Below the pieces are notes generated by a model. The model was not told the DNA's origin, made no database searches, and saw nothing but the letters and a program-made list of their open reading frames with translations. DNA of 64,000 bases from Candidatus Adlerbacteria bacterium. Lineage in GTDB: Bacteria; Patescibacteriota; Minisyncoccia; Phycocordibacterales; SBAW01. Position 1 is the stretch's first letter. The number at the start of each line of letters is the position of its first letter. Location: the NCBI GenBank assembly GCA_029288895.1, contig JARIGK010000001.1:134682-198681 (forward strand). The letters are read 5' to 3'. Positions 1 through 12,871 of the stretch are shown piece after piece. Position numbers and translations under genes: made by a program.

Positions 1-3399
<3,399 letters not shown>

Positions 3400-3420
3400 A
3401 ACTTAGATATACAAAGATTA

Positions 3421-3457
3421 AGGGCGCGCATTCCTTTCGGAATGCGCGCCCTTTTTC
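3421..3457. terminator. Intrinsic terminator (bidirectional) after rpoC
   Basis: Perfect 14-bp stem AGGGCGCGCATTCC / GGAATGCGCGCCCT with loop TTTCG, followed by TTTTT. Confidence 0.7.
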
Positions 3458-3464
3458 GTGGCTG

Positions 3465-3701
3465 CTAGCTTCGAGCAGCGACACGGCGATTGAACCTCAC
3501 ATGGCTCCAGTGCTGGAGCTCATCCTTCGCGATGTCGGCCACGATGGCGACGCCGACCAGGACGACAGCGAAGAGGGCGACGAAGCGGAACAGATTGTGC
3601 TTCGAGGTCGCGTAGTCGTTGAGGGGGAAGAAGTGCCAGGCAGCAAATGCGGCGATGGCGGCGATGACGAGAGCAACGACGACGGTGACGATGCGGGACA
3701 T
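3465..3701 (-). CDS. Small 2-TM membrane protein, hypothetical
   Basis: 78-aa ORF with two hydrophobic helices. Sits between the rpoC terminator and the dnaG promoter region. Confidence 0.4.
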   Translation of the reverse strand: MSRIVTVVVALVIAAIAAFAAWHFFPLNDYATSKHNLFRFVALFAVVLVGVAIVADIAKDELQHWSHVRFNRRVAARS

Positions 3702-3830
3702 ATGATTCTCCGTGGCAAAGCCTTAGGAAGGATTCCTTTGGCGAACTTTCAATGTATATTATATAGCATATATACTATATTGTCAAGTACTCCTGCGCGG
3801 AAGGGTAAAAACAGCTAGAATGAGTAGCAA

Positions 3831-5513
3831 ATGGATTCGCAGGTGCAGGAGATCAAAGATAAGTTGTCCATCAACGAAGTGGTGGGGCAGTATGTGAAGT
3901 TGGAAAAGGCGGGCCGGAATTGGCGTGCGCGATGCCCGTTCCACAAAGAAAAAACGCCGTCATTCATGATTTCACCCGAGCGCGGGAGTTACATCTGTTT
4001 TGGTTGCGGCGAGAAAGGAGATATTTTTACATTTACAGAAAAAATCGAGCACGTTGATTTCCGCACTGCACTCACGCAGCTGGCCGAGAAAGCGGGCGTT
4101 GTACTGAAGAACACCTACGTTCCAAAACAAGAAGACAAACAAAAAGAAGAGCAGCTGCGCGATGTGTGCGAAGATGCAACAAAGTTTTTCCAAAGCCAGC
4201 TCGAGAAGCGCCAAGATGTCCTCGAGTATATAAAGAAAAGGGCAGTGACAGACGAGACTATTGCGAGCTGGCGTATTGGGTACGCGCCTGCAAGCTGGCG
4301 GGATGTGGCAGAACACCTGGCAGGGAAAGGCTACAGTAAAGATTTGATTGTCGAGGCGGGGCTTGCTGCGCGTTCGCAAAACAAGCCAGGCGAGATTTAC
4401 GATAGATTCCGCGGCCGCATTATGTTCCCGCTGTTTGACGCGGGCGGGAAGGTGATTGCATTCTCTGGGCGCTTTTTTGAAAAAGTAGAAGGCAGTAAAG
4501 AAGAAGGCGAGCCAGCGAAGTATGTAAACTCATCCGAAACGCCAATCTTTAAGAAGTCGCGCGTGCTCTATGGGTTTGACCGCGCAAAGAATTTTATCCG
4601 CAAAGCCGACTGCATTCTGTTGGTTGAAGGGCAGTTCGATGTCATTCTCTCGCACCAGTCGGGCCTGTCGTTTGCTGTGGCATCGTCTGGCACTGCTATC
4701 ACCGAAGAGCATATGAACTTGCTCAGCCGTCTTTCGAAACGCCTGGTGTTGGCACTTGATGGCGACACGGCCGGCATCCGCGCGGGCCTCAAAACCGCGC
4801 TTATGGCACTGTCGATGGGTTTTGATGTAAAAATCCCAACCTTCCCGGACGGCAAAGACCCAGCCGACATGACAAAAGAAGACCCCGAGTTGTTGAAGGC
4901 AGCAATTCGTAGTTCAAAAACCGCCGTCGAATTCTTTTTAGACGCGTTGCGCCCGAATGCGCGTGACGAACGTGCCTATGCGAAGCTTGTCGAGGCACAG
5001 GTGCTGCCGCTTATTGCCGCAGTTGGAAGCAAAGTCGACCAAGCCCATTTTGTGCGCATTGTGGCGGGCCGCCTGCGTGTGCCCGAAACTGCCATTTATG
5101 CAGAAGTTGCTAAGCGCCCCGTGCTCCGCGAAAGCGAAGAAGAGGAGAGTGTTGTAAGAGAAGTAGTGTCTCAACCGTCTTCGGTTGAGCGTGCGGCGGC
5201 ACTGTTGCTCTCATACTACTCGCACGGCCCCGTACGCGAGACACTCGAGGCCCTGTTGGGGCAGGCCCGCCTCGGCGCCCTCGAGGCCCAATTTATGGGC
5301 GATGCAGAGAAGTTCCGTTTTGAATTTGAAGCCTTGGGCGATGATGCTGCTATGACGGCAACGGCCCTTTTAGAAAGCCTCGAGCGCGGTTTGATAGACG
5401 AACAGATGGGGCAGGTAATGCAGGAGATGCGTATGGCAGAGCCCGCGGCACAGCCGGGCCTCATTCAGAAGTTAGCCAGCCTCAAAAAACGCCAGCAGGA
5501 GTTGAGAAAATAG
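3831..5513 (+). CDS. dnaG: DNA primase
   Basis: N-terminal zinc ribbon (CPFHKEKTPSF...CFGCG) and TOPRIM domain (LVEGQFD, DGD). Confidence 0.9.
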   Translation: MDSQVQEIKDKLSINEVVGQYVKLEKAGRNWRARCPFHKEKTPSFMISPERGSYICFGCGEKGDIFTFTEKIEHVDFRTALTQLAEKAGVVLKNTYVPKQEDKQKEEQLRDVCEDATKFFQSQLEKRQDVLEYIKKRAVTDETIASWRIGYAPASWRDVAEHLAGKGYSKDLIVEAGLAARSQNKPGEIYDRFRGRIMFPLFDAGGKVIAFSGRFFEKVEGSKEEGEPAKYVNSSETPIFKKSRVLYGFDRAKNFIRKADCILLVEGQFDVILSHQSGLSFAVASSGTAITEEHMNLLSRLSKRLVLALDGDTAGIRAGLKTALMALSMGFDVKIPTFPDGKDPADMTKEDPELLKAAIRSSKTAVEFFLDALRPNARDERAYAKLVEAQVLPLIAAVGSKVDQAHFVRIVAGRLRVPETAIYAEVAKRPVLRESEEEESVVREVVSQPSSVERAAALLLSYYSHGPVRETLEALLGQARLGALEAQFMGDAEKFRFEFEALGDDAAMTATALLESLERGLIDEQMGQVMQEMRMAEPAAQPGLIQKLASLKKRQQELRK

Positions 5514-5537
5514 GTTTTTGTGATATACTAGTGAATA

Positions 5538-6797
5538 ATGGCAAAAACTAAGAAGGCGACCAAAAAGAAGGTGGCCAAGGCAGCGAAACGTCCCAAAGGG
5601 AACGTTGCCAAGGCGAAGAAATTCCGCGACGTTGCAGCAAAACGCCGCGCTAAACTTGTGCCCAAAAAAGCCCCTGCCAAAAAGGTAAAGGCCGCAGCTG
5701 CACCGAAGGTTAACCCTGCAGCTGCCAAAAAACAGAACGATCAAAACAAAAAAGCAGAACAGTTGATGGCGTCGGGCCGCCAGCGCGGCTTCGTTACGTA
5801 TGACGAAATTTTGAAGGCTTTCCCTAACATCGAAACCGATGTCGATTTCTTGGAAGAACTCTACGATAAATTCTCGACCGCACACATCGACGTGCTCGAA
5901 GGCGGCGGCATGCTCGAAATCGAAAGCGAGCCGCTCGAAAAAGGCTACTCTCGTAGCGATTCCAACTACGACTCTATCCAGATGTACCTGCGCGAAATTG
6001 GCCGCTACCCGCTGCTTAACGCGCAGCAGGAGCGCGACTACGCAAAGCGCATCGTCGAGGGCGACAACGAGGCGCGTAACTTGCTTGCACGCGCAAACCT
6101 CCGCCTCGTCGTTTCTATCGCAAAGAAGTATGTAGGCCGCTCACCAGACCTCACCCTCTTGGACCTCATACAAGAAGGTAACTTGGGCCTCTTTAAGGCC
6201 GTCGATAAATTCGACTACACCAAGGGCTACAAATTCTCGACCTATGCCACCTGGTGGATCCGCCAGGCTATTACGCGTGCCTTGGCCGACCAGAGCCGCA
6301 CCATCCGCATTCCGGTCCACATGGTGGAAACTATCGCGAAATACAAGCAGGTTTCGCGCCGCCTCTCACAAGACTTGGGCCGCGACCCGCTTGCAGAAGA
6401 AATCGCACTTGAAATGGGTGTCGATGTCGACAAAATCTACCAAATAGAAAAGATCGACCAGGACACTGTCTCCTTGGAAAGCCCAGTTGGCTCAGACGAT
6501 GATGACGGTAAGTCAGTACTTGGCGACTTTATCAAAGACGACAAAATCTTGTCACCTGACCAGGAAGTCTCGCGCCGCATCTTGGGCGACCAGCTGCACG
6601 AAATCCTCGACGAGCTTTCTCCAAAAGAACGCGAAATCCTCAAACTCCGCCATGGCTTGGAAGATGGCATTTACCACACGCTCGAAGAGGTGGGCAAGAA
6701 GTTTGGCGTCACACGCGAACGTATCCGCCAAATCGAAGCAAAAGCCCTCGAGCGTATCCGCACGCACGACAAAGCAAAACGCCTCCGCAGCTACTAA
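5538..6797 (+). CDS. rpoD: RNA polymerase sigma-70 factor RpoD with a lysine-rich N-terminal extension
   Basis: Regions 1.2-4 are conserved ([43 protein letters not shown]). Residues 1-80 are histone-H1-like Lys/Ala-rich repeats. Confidence 0.9.
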   Translation: MAKTKKATKKKVAKAAKRPKGNVAKAKKFRDVAAKRRAKLVPKKAPAKKVKAAAAPKVNPAAAKKQNDQNKKAEQLMASGRQRGFVTYDEILKAFPNIETDVDFLEELYDKFSTAHIDVLEGGGMLEIESEPLEKGYSRSDSNYDSIQMYLREIGRYPLLNAQQERDYAKRIVEGDNEARNLLARANLRLVVSIAKKYVGRSPDLTLLDLIQEGNLGLFKAVDKFDYTKGYKFSTYATWWIRQAITRALADQSRTIRIPVHMVETIAKYKQVSRRLSQDLGRDPLAEEIALEMGVDVDKIYQIEKIDQDTVSLESPVGSDDDDGKSVLGDFIKDDKILSPDQEVSRRILGDQLHEILDELSPKEREILKLRHGLEDGIYHTLEEVGKKFGVTRERIRQIEAKALERIRTHDKAKRLRSY

Positions 6798-6822
6798 AAA
6801 ATCCCCTCCGGGGGATTTTTTG
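6796..6822. terminator. Intrinsic terminator after rpoD
   Basis: AAAAAATCCCC TCCG GGGGATTTTTT forms a perfect palindromic stem, flanked by A-run and T-run, and overlaps the rpoD stop. Confidence 0.7.
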
Positions 6823-6834
6823 TATACTGGAGCC

Positions 6835-7716
6835 ATGGCTAAGAAGCGACAAGAGAAGAAGGCAGAGCTGCCGATAAAGCACTGGAGCCACAGCTCGCTC
6901 ATGGCGTATTTGCGGAACCCGCTGGCGTGGCACAAGCGCTATGTGGAGCTTGTGTACGACATGCCCTCGAACCCTTCGTCTGTGATTGGCCGCGCGGCGC
7001 ACACGGCGCTACAGCACTTTTATGGCGGCATTGATAAAGAAGGTGCAATAGCCTTGGGTATGGAATATTTGCGCAATGTCGCAGACTTTGAAATTAACTT
7101 CGGCAAAAAAGTTAAGTCGAACCTTGCAAAGAAAAAGAAGCGCGAGCAGATGGAACGCGAATACATCCAAGCCATCAATTTTTATTTAGAGAAGCCGCCA
7201 AAGTATAAAAAGATACTTGGGGTCGAGTATGTTGGCATGGCACAGGTCGAAGGCTTGCCGCTGCCTATTAAGGCGGTGTCGGACCTGGTGGTGCAGTCGG
7301 CCGTGGACCCAAAAGGGTTGGATATTATCGACCACAAATTTGTCGACATATTTTCGGGGAAGGGGGCAGACAAAACCCTGTTTGTGATGCAAGCGATTTT
7401 TAACTACTACACAGTTAAGAAGAATTTCGGCAAACCGGTACGCCGCTTTATTGTGTGGGAGTGCAAGAAGTCGCGCAACGCCGATGGTTCGCCGCAGATG
7501 CGCAAATACATCATCGACTTCCGTACCTTTAAACAAGAATTTATTATCTTTAACCGCCTTATCCGCGACGCCACGGCAACCATCACAGTGCTGATGGGCA
7601 CAGGGATCTTTTTGCCTAACCCATCCGACATGTTCGAAGGCGAAAACTCCTTCGATATTTACCGCATCAACTTGGCCCCCGAAGACTACGACGCTCACTT
7701 CAAACCCGACGAATAA
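6835..7716 (+). CDS. PD-(D/E)XK nuclease superfamily protein (Cas4/RecB-like fold)
   Basis: N-terminal WSHSSLMAYLRNPLAWHKRYVELVYD is typical of this family. The ATG at 6835 follows the rpoD terminator. The ORF-track extension 6487-6834 overlaps rpoD and is rejected. Confidence 0.55.
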   Translation: MAKKRQEKKAELPIKHWSHSSLMAYLRNPLAWHKRYVELVYDMPSNPSSVIGRAAHTALQHFYGGIDKEGAIALGMEYLRNVADFEINFGKKVKSNLAKKKKREQMEREYIQAINFYLEKPPKYKKILGVEYVGMAQVEGLPLPIKAVSDLVVQSAVDPKGLDIIDHKFVDIFSGKGADKTLFVMQAIFNYYTVKKNFGKPVRRFIVWECKKSRNADGSPQMRKYIIDFRTFKQEFIIFNRLIRDATATITVLMGTGIFLPNPSDMFEGENSFDIYRINLAPEDYDAHFKPDE

Positions 7717-7771
7717 TTGACAAATCCCGATTTTTACTGTATTTTCTATTTCAGAACGATGGGAGAACATC

Positions 7772-8296
7772 ATGTTTCTATATCATCGAGTCCCGCGCAC
7801 TATGGCTGGGACGACGCTGTACCCGCTCAATACGCTTAAAGAGTTGCACCCGCGGCTCTACGAAGAGTACCTACAGAAATACGCCGATCGGCGCGGTCTC
7901 ATGAAGAGAAATGTTCCGCAGCTTAATTGTTTGTGGAATGACGTACTCTTTACCATGGCACTTGCGCCCGCCGAATTGTACAAGGCGTACAAGAGTTTCA
8001 ACTTTCCGGGTCGTTACCCTCCGCGATTCTATAAAATCCCCTTGGAGCGACTGGACCAGCACCAGATTGTTGTTCTGACCAAGATGGGGGCTGGCGGGAC
8101 AGTCTACGAAGACTTTTCGGCCAGAAGGATGCAAGCGTACGCGACTCTGCCTCAAGAGACGTTGTTGTATTGGGAAGAGCGCAAGAAGGCAAACGATGAA
8201 CGGCCGCTCCTTTTTATGCACATCCCGCATGTGATGTATAAAGGAACGATTAATATCGAAGGCCTTGAAATTGTGTCAGTAAAAACCCCGGAGTGA
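7772..8296 (+). CDS. Hypothetical protein
   Basis: 174-aa ORF with an SD site (GGGAGAA) 6 nt upstream and a terminator immediately after the stop. Confidence 0.45.
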   Translation: MFLYHRVPRTMAGTTLYPLNTLKELHPRLYEEYLQKYADRRGLMKRNVPQLNCLWNDVLFTMALAPAELYKAYKSFNFPGRYPPRFYKIPLERLDQHQIVVLTKMGAGGTVYEDFSARRMQAYATLPQETLLYWEERKKANDERPLLFMHIPHVMYKGTINIEGLEIVSVKTPE

Positions 8297-8312
8297 TCCG
8301 GGGTTTTCTTTT
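8281..8312. terminator. Bidirectional intrinsic terminator
   Basis: AAAAACCCCGGA GTGA TCCGGGGTTTTCTTTT: 7-bp stem between an A-run and a T-run. Confidence 0.65.
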
Positions 8313-8328
8313 TACCTATGGTGTTCTC

Positions 8329-9048
8329 TTACTGCGCGGAGGTGGAGGAGCCTGTCGAGCCGGTGACTGGTGTGTTGCCAAGGACCGCGTCGATAGCGGC
8401 GCGCATCGAATCGTACGGCTGCGCACCCTGGAGAGTGACAGCTTCCGAGCCGATCATGACCAAGATAAACGGTGTACCCTGGCCGCCTTCGTTAATTGCC
8501 TCAGTGTAGCTGTCCTGGATCTTTTTGGTGTACTTGCCACTTGCCAAGCACTGATTAAACGTATCGACGTTCAACCCATTTTGCTTTGCAATAACCGGGA
8601 GCTGGGCCAAGTCGAGATTATTTTCTGACGGCGTAACTGCGTAGACTGCGTCGATATATTTGTAGAACGCCGCGTCGCCGCCCTGGTCTGCAGCACACTC
8701 TGCTGCCTCTGCCTCTTTAGGAGCCTTTGAGTGCAACTGTGCAAGCGGGAATGGGCGATACACCCATGCAACTTTGCCCGACGCACCGTAGTAATCCATA
8801 ATCTGGTGCATGGTCGTGTTAAACGTTTTGCAGAACGGGCATTCCAAGTCTGCGTATTCGACAACCTTTACCTGTGCATTTGGGTTGCCCAAAATATGGT
8901 CAACCTTTGGGTCGTATTCGCGCGCTGTCTCTTTTTGCGAGCCAGGAGTCGTCGGCGTGGAACCATTTTTACCGACCAAAAAGACCGCACCTGCAATAAG
9001 CGCACCTGCGACCACGATAGTAATGGGGAGTACGTATTGGGATTTCAT
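8329..9048 (-). CDS. DsbA-family thiol:disulfide oxidoreductase (membrane-anchored)
   Basis: N-terminal TM anchor, thioredoxin-fold CPFC active site (LECPFCKTF), and ~240 aa. Confidence 0.75.
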   Translation of the reverse strand: MKSQYVLPITIVVAGALIAGAVFLVGKNGSTPTTPGSQKETAREYDPKVDHILGNPNAQVKVVEYADLECPFCKTFNTTMHQIMDYYGASGKVAWVYRPFPLAQLHSKAPKEAEAAECAADQGGDAAFYKYIDAVYAVTPSENNLDLAQLPVIAKQNGLNVDTFNQCLASGKYTKKIQDSYTEAINEGGQGTPFILVMIGSEAVTLQGAQPYDSMRAAIDAVLGNTPVTGSTGSSTSAQ

Positions 9049-9136
9049 GTTTCTATTCTACAAAATTTGGAGGCCCAGCAATAGGGTTGACTAAAGGCTT
9101 TAGTTTTAGCACTATTTTGGCAGTTCTTTAAATAGG

Positions 9137-9189
9137 TGAGGCGAGCTTTTTGTACCGCATATACTATGAGATATAAAAAGCTCGCCTCA
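9137..9189. promoter_or_regulatory. Perfect 15-bp inverted repeat (hairpin) in a divergent intergenic region
   Basis: TGAGGCGAGCTTTTT - 23 nt loop containing TATACT - AAAAAGCTCGCCTCA. No T-run follows on either strand. Confidence 0.3.
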
Positions 9190-9274
9190 TTAAGAGGTGG
9201 GCCGTTCCCTGGACGAGTCAGGTTCTCGAGGTGCTGGTAGCCCTTAGGTGGGTCAAAGGCATAAGGAGAATGTT

Positions 9275-10045
9275 ATGTCTCAATATTGGACAGATGTCCC
9301 GTTTGGTGATGGCCTCCAAGCGGTTTCGAATCTTCTTTCGGGCGCTGGGCCACACGGCGGCAGAGTGCTGGGAAAGCTCAAAGATACGGGGTACGCCAAG
9401 AAAGTTGCGTGGAGTATCGCTGCAGACACTGTGAGAGAACACCCGCTGCATGAACGGGCGCGGGCAATTATGGGACGGAGTTTTTTCGGTGTGCCGGAAA
9501 ACGTAAAGTATTTTGGTGTCCACCCTCTGTCCTTGCATCTTGGTAGGCTCGATCAGGATCCGTTTCCGTTTTCTGACGAGACGCTTGCGTTGCACGTACA
9601 CTCGCACTTCTTGGTTGCTTTTTTTCCTCTGTCGATCATCGAGTTGATTAAGAAGTTGGAAGACGTCTACCCTGTGTTTGGTATGGACAGGTGGTATGAA
9701 CGTGAAGGATTTGCCAACGCTCCAGTAAAATGTCGCTGGGCCCTCATTAGAAAAGGAGGTATTAAGAATACACAAGACGACACGCTTAAAGGCCAAAGAA
9801 AAGAGCTCAGGCCAGATGAGTCGGCAGCATCTGCACCAGTGCTTTTCTATTCGACCTTGGCGTGGTTGTTGCTCAACAAAGAGCCTCTTTTCCACAACAA
9901 TAGGGCTCGCTCGGCAACGGTCGACGTTCCTGGTTCCACGCACGCTGCAATCGTTGTGCGTGAGGACAAGCTGTACATTGAGCCTTGTCGTGACGATGAA
10001 GACTCATCGTATCTTAGATTAGGTTCAATGCGCACAAAAGGTTGA
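9275..10045 (+). CDS. Hypothetical protein
   Basis: SD site AAGGAGAA 6 nt upstream of the ATG at 9275. A terminator hairpin follows the stop. Confidence 0.45.
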   Translation: MSQYWTDVPFGDGLQAVSNLLSGAGPHGGRVLGKLKDTGYAKKVAWSIAADTVREHPLHERARAIMGRSFFGVPENVKYFGVHPLSLHLGRLDQDPFPFSDETLALHVHSHFLVAFFPLSIIELIKKLEDVYPVFGMDRWYEREGFANAPVKCRWALIRKGGIKNTQDDTLKGQRKELRPDESAASAPVLFYSTLAWLLLNKEPLFHNNRARSATVDVPGSTHAAIVVREDKLYIEPCRDDEDSSYLRLGSMRTKG

Positions 10046-10054
10046 TGTGTACGG

Positions 10055-10089
10055 GCTTCGGCATGCAAATGCCGAAGCTTTTCTTTTTT
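10055..10089. terminator. Bidirectional intrinsic terminator
   Basis: GCTTCGGC ATGCAAAT GCCGAAGC followed by TTTTCTTTTTT. Confidence 0.65.
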
Positions 10090-10660
10090 AGAAGGGAAGG
10101 GTGTGGTTTATAGCTGCCTGTTCGCCCAACGTTTCCCAGCCCGACGGATTAATTTTGATTTCGCGGATGCCCTCGTAGTCTTTGTATTTCACGCTTTTGT
10201 GCTTTTTGATGTAGTCGTAGAGTTCGCGCGTGATTGCGACGTCTGCCAAGCAATATTCGCGAATGAGGTCGATTTTGCCCTCGTCCCACCACTTCATGGC
10301 CTGCAAGCCATCAGCCGTTTTATTTTTGCCGAGCGTTGCCTCGGCCAAGTTGTCGAGTTTGAGGCGGCGGCCAAGGACGTTCCGGATCTCTTTCAGGAGG
10401 TCGATACTTTTGATGCGCGTAAGGTCGCCCGCGTAATATTTATTTAAAATCGGAATGTCGAAGTGGTCGCTGTTGTAGCCCACGAGTGCGTCGGCGCTTT
10501 CAAGCAAGGGCCACAGCTGAGGGAATTCCTCGCGCGTATAGCTCGTGAGTTTTTTGGTTTGTGAATCGTGTACGCCAACGACGGTGATTTCCAAGTTAGA
10601 AAAATCGCCGTTGCCGCGGAATTCGCCCGTTGTTTCAATGTCAAAGGTAATGACTCTCAT
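10088..10660 (-). CDS. DEDD-type 3'-5' exonuclease (RNase H-like fold)
   Basis: Begins with the FDIETTG Exo I motif. Later HFDIPIL and YCLADVAITRELY carry the Exo II/III acidic residues. Confidence 0.6.
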   Translation of the reverse strand: MRVITFDIETTGEFRGNGDFSNLEITVVGVHDSQTKKLTSYTREEFPQLWPLLESADALVGYNSDHFDIPILNKYYAGDLTRIKSIDLLKEIRNVLGRRLKLDNLAEATLGKNKTADGLQAMKWWDEGKIDLIREYCLADVAITRELYDYIKKHKSVKYKDYEGIREIKINPSGWETLGEQAAINHTLPF

Positions 10661-10681
10661 AGTCTGCGTATGTTTTTCTAG

Positions 10682-11917
10682 TTAGCGCTCCAGGAAGAAC
10701 GAGGCGAGCTCGGCACGTGAGGCTGGCGTCTCGTTGCCGTTGCTCAAATCACGCACCATAAAGGTGCCTGATGTGATTTCGTTTTGGCCAACGACGACAA
10801 GGTAGGGGACGCCGTTTTTTGCGGCATTTTTAATTTGGTCGGCAAGCTTTTTGTCGCCGAAGTCTGATGCGACATGTACCCCGTGCTCGCGCAACTCTTG
10901 CGCCAACTGGAGCGCGTGCGGCACCTCAGCATCTGATGCCACGGCCAAGTACACGTGCGTAGGTGCGTGGTAGGCCGGCAGGAGGCCGCGCACTTCGAGG
11001 AAGTCGTGCATCGTGACATCGCCCATGCCAAAGCCAACGCCAGTGATGCTTTCGTTGTCGAACATAGCGGTGAGGTTGTCGTAGCGGCCGCCGCCAAAGA
11101 GCGAGCGGTTGTTGTCTTCGTGCGTGTCGAATACTTCGAACACAACGCCCGTGTAGTAGGCAAAGCCGCGCACAATGCTTGGGTCAAACTTTGCATTGCC
11201 AATGCCGACCGCGGAAAGGATGTCGAGGACTGCTTGGACATCTGCAGGGACATGAGCAGCGGAGAGTTTTTCGCTTGGGACGCCAAGCTCCGCCAAGCCC
11301 TGTTCGAACTCTGCCTTTTCTATTTTGTTTTTGCGGTCGAGGAGGCCGACGAGCTTTTGTGCCGCATCTTCGTCGAGATCAAGTTCGGTGATAAGTGCGT
11401 TGATGTACGCGCGGCTGCCAATTTTGATAACGAAGTCGCTTTCATTGGCACCGAAGGCCTTCATCAATTCGTACGAGACCTGGATGATCTCGGCATCTGC
11501 GGCGCGCGACTCTGAGCCAAAGAGGTCGACGTTAAGCTGCCAGTGTTCGCGCAGGCGGCCGCGCTGGGGGCGCTCGTAACGGAAGACGTTCGGGATAGAA
11601 AAGAGGCGAAGGGGGAAGCCAAATTCGCGGCGCTTTGCCGCAACCATGCGCGCCACGGTAGGCGTCATCTCTGGGCGCAGCGTTACTTCGCGGCCGCCGC
11701 GATCCAAGAATGTATAGGTCTGTTCGCTGACCATTTCTGCATTTTCGGCGCCCTTTGCTTTGTACAATTCTGAAGGCTCCAGAATCGACGCGTGATATTC
11801 GGCGTAGCCAAATTTCTTTGCGACGTCGCGGTACGTTGCGAGAAGATAATTTAAAAATTGCTGATCCTGAGGGTAGAAGTCACGGACACCTTTGTAGCTT
11901 TCAGTCGAGAGTTTCAT
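10682..11917 (-). CDS. hisS: Histidine--tRNA ligase
   Basis: Class II aaRS motifs (GVRDFYP, FRYERPQRGRLREHWQ, GGGRYD) and a C-terminal anticodon-binding domain. Confidence 0.9.
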   Translation of the reverse strand: MKLSTESYKGVRDFYPQDQQFLNYLLATYRDVAKKFGYAEYHASILEPSELYKAKGAENAEMVSEQTYTFLDRGGREVTLRPEMTPTVARMVAAKRREFGFPLRLFSIPNVFRYERPQRGRLREHWQLNVDLFGSESRAADAEIIQVSYELMKAFGANESDFVIKIGSRAYINALITELDLDEDAAQKLVGLLDRKNKIEKAEFEQGLAELGVPSEKLSAAHVPADVQAVLDILSAVGIGNAKFDPSIVRGFAYYTGVVFEVFDTHEDNNRSLFGGGRYDNLTAMFDNESITGVGFGMGDVTMHDFLEVRGLLPAYHAPTHVYLAVASDAEVPHALQLAQELREHGVHVASDFGDKKLADQIKNAAKNGVPYLVVVGQNEITSGTFMVRDLSNGNETPASRAELASFFLER

Positions 11918-11932
11918 GAAGATTTTTTGCCG

Positions 11933-12787
11933 ATGGGGCGTACATCTAGTATTCTAGCAGAAATGCCCGAGACAAACGACCGCCCGAAAGACCCGAAAGA
12001 TACGGACGTCCGGCCCCGCACAGTAGGCGGCAAAGTACTTAACTTATACAAACAGCAGGGCGAAACGCCGGCCGAAAGGTTGGAGCGCCTCCGTATCCAG
12101 AAGCCCGAGTATAAGCACGAAGTATTGTCCTACGCGGGGCGCCTCGACCCCATGGCCGAGGGCGTGATGATCACGCTCGTGGGTTCGGCCAACAAAATGC
12201 GCGATGCGTATTTGGACATGAGCAAGGAATATGTCGTCGATATTTTGTTTGGCTTTGCCACAGATACCTACGATGTACTCGGCCGCGTGATGGAAAATGG
12301 CGACACGGCATCGATCACCAAAAAAGCAGTCGAGCAGGGGTTAAACGAATATCGCGGCCACGTTGCACAAGAGTACCCGCCGTATTCGTCGAAGACCGTA
12401 GAAGGGAAGTCGCTCTTCCAATGGGCGCGCGAAGGTGCTATTGGCGCACTTGTGTTGCCGAAGAAGACAGTCACCGTCTATGACATTACGCTTGAAGGGA
12501 TGTACAAACTCAAAGAAGCTCAGTTACTTTCGTATATCGAACACGGCATCGAAAAAGTAAACGGCGACTTCCGCCAAGATGAGATTATCAATACGTGGAA
12601 GCGCAATTTGCGCAAAGAGGGTACGCGCGAGTTTCCTTGCGTCACCGTGCGTATATCGTGCTCCTCGGGCACCTACGCACGCTCTATAGCCCACGGCCTG
12701 GGCCAGGACCTTGGCGTCCCCGCATTGGCCCTCCATATCCTCCGCACCAAAGTCGGCGACTACGAAGCCTCAAAAAGCCTTAAATAG
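11933..12787 (+). CDS. truB: tRNA pseudouridine(55) synthase
   Basis: Catalytic Asp motif AGRLDPMAEGVMI (TruB: GTLDPLATGVL). ATG at 11933 or 11963; the track ORF start at 11858 overlaps hisS. Confidence 0.75.
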   Translation: MGRTSSILAEMPETNDRPKDPKDTDVRPRTVGGKVLNLYKQQGETPAERLERLRIQKPEYKHEVLSYAGRLDPMAEGVMITLVGSANKMRDAYLDMSKEYVVDILFGFATDTYDVLGRVMENGDTASITKKAVEQGLNEYRGHVAQEYPPYSSKTVEGKSLFQWAREGAIGALVLPKKTVTVYDITLEGMYKLKEAQLLSYIEHGIEKVNGDFRQDEIINTWKRNLRKEGTREFPCVTVRISCSSGTYARSIAHGLGQDLGVPALALHILRTKVGDYEASKSLK

Positions 12788-12804
12788 TAGCATTTTCATA
12801 GTAC

Positions 12805-12833
12805 TTGACATACTCTATATTTAAGAGTATAAT
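12805..12833 (+). promoter_or_regulatory. Consensus sigma-70 promoter
   Basis: TTGACA (12805-12810), 17-nt spacer, TATAAT (12828-12833), about 38 nt upstream of the next ATG. Confidence 0.55.
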
Positions 12834-12871
12834 AGTATTTGAGAATTCACGAGTTAACCCAGGAGGCTTTC

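Noticed and set aside
6487-6834. The N-terminal 116 codons of the track ORF 6487..7716.
   Set aside because: This stretch overlaps the 3' end of rpoD in another frame, and its translation is low-complexity. A clean ATG at 6835 follows the rpoD terminator hairpin.
11858-11932. An N-terminal extension of truB overlapping the hisS start.
   Set aside because: The TruB catalytic core begins well downstream. In-frame ATG codons at 11933 and 11963 avoid the overlap with the divergent hisS gene.
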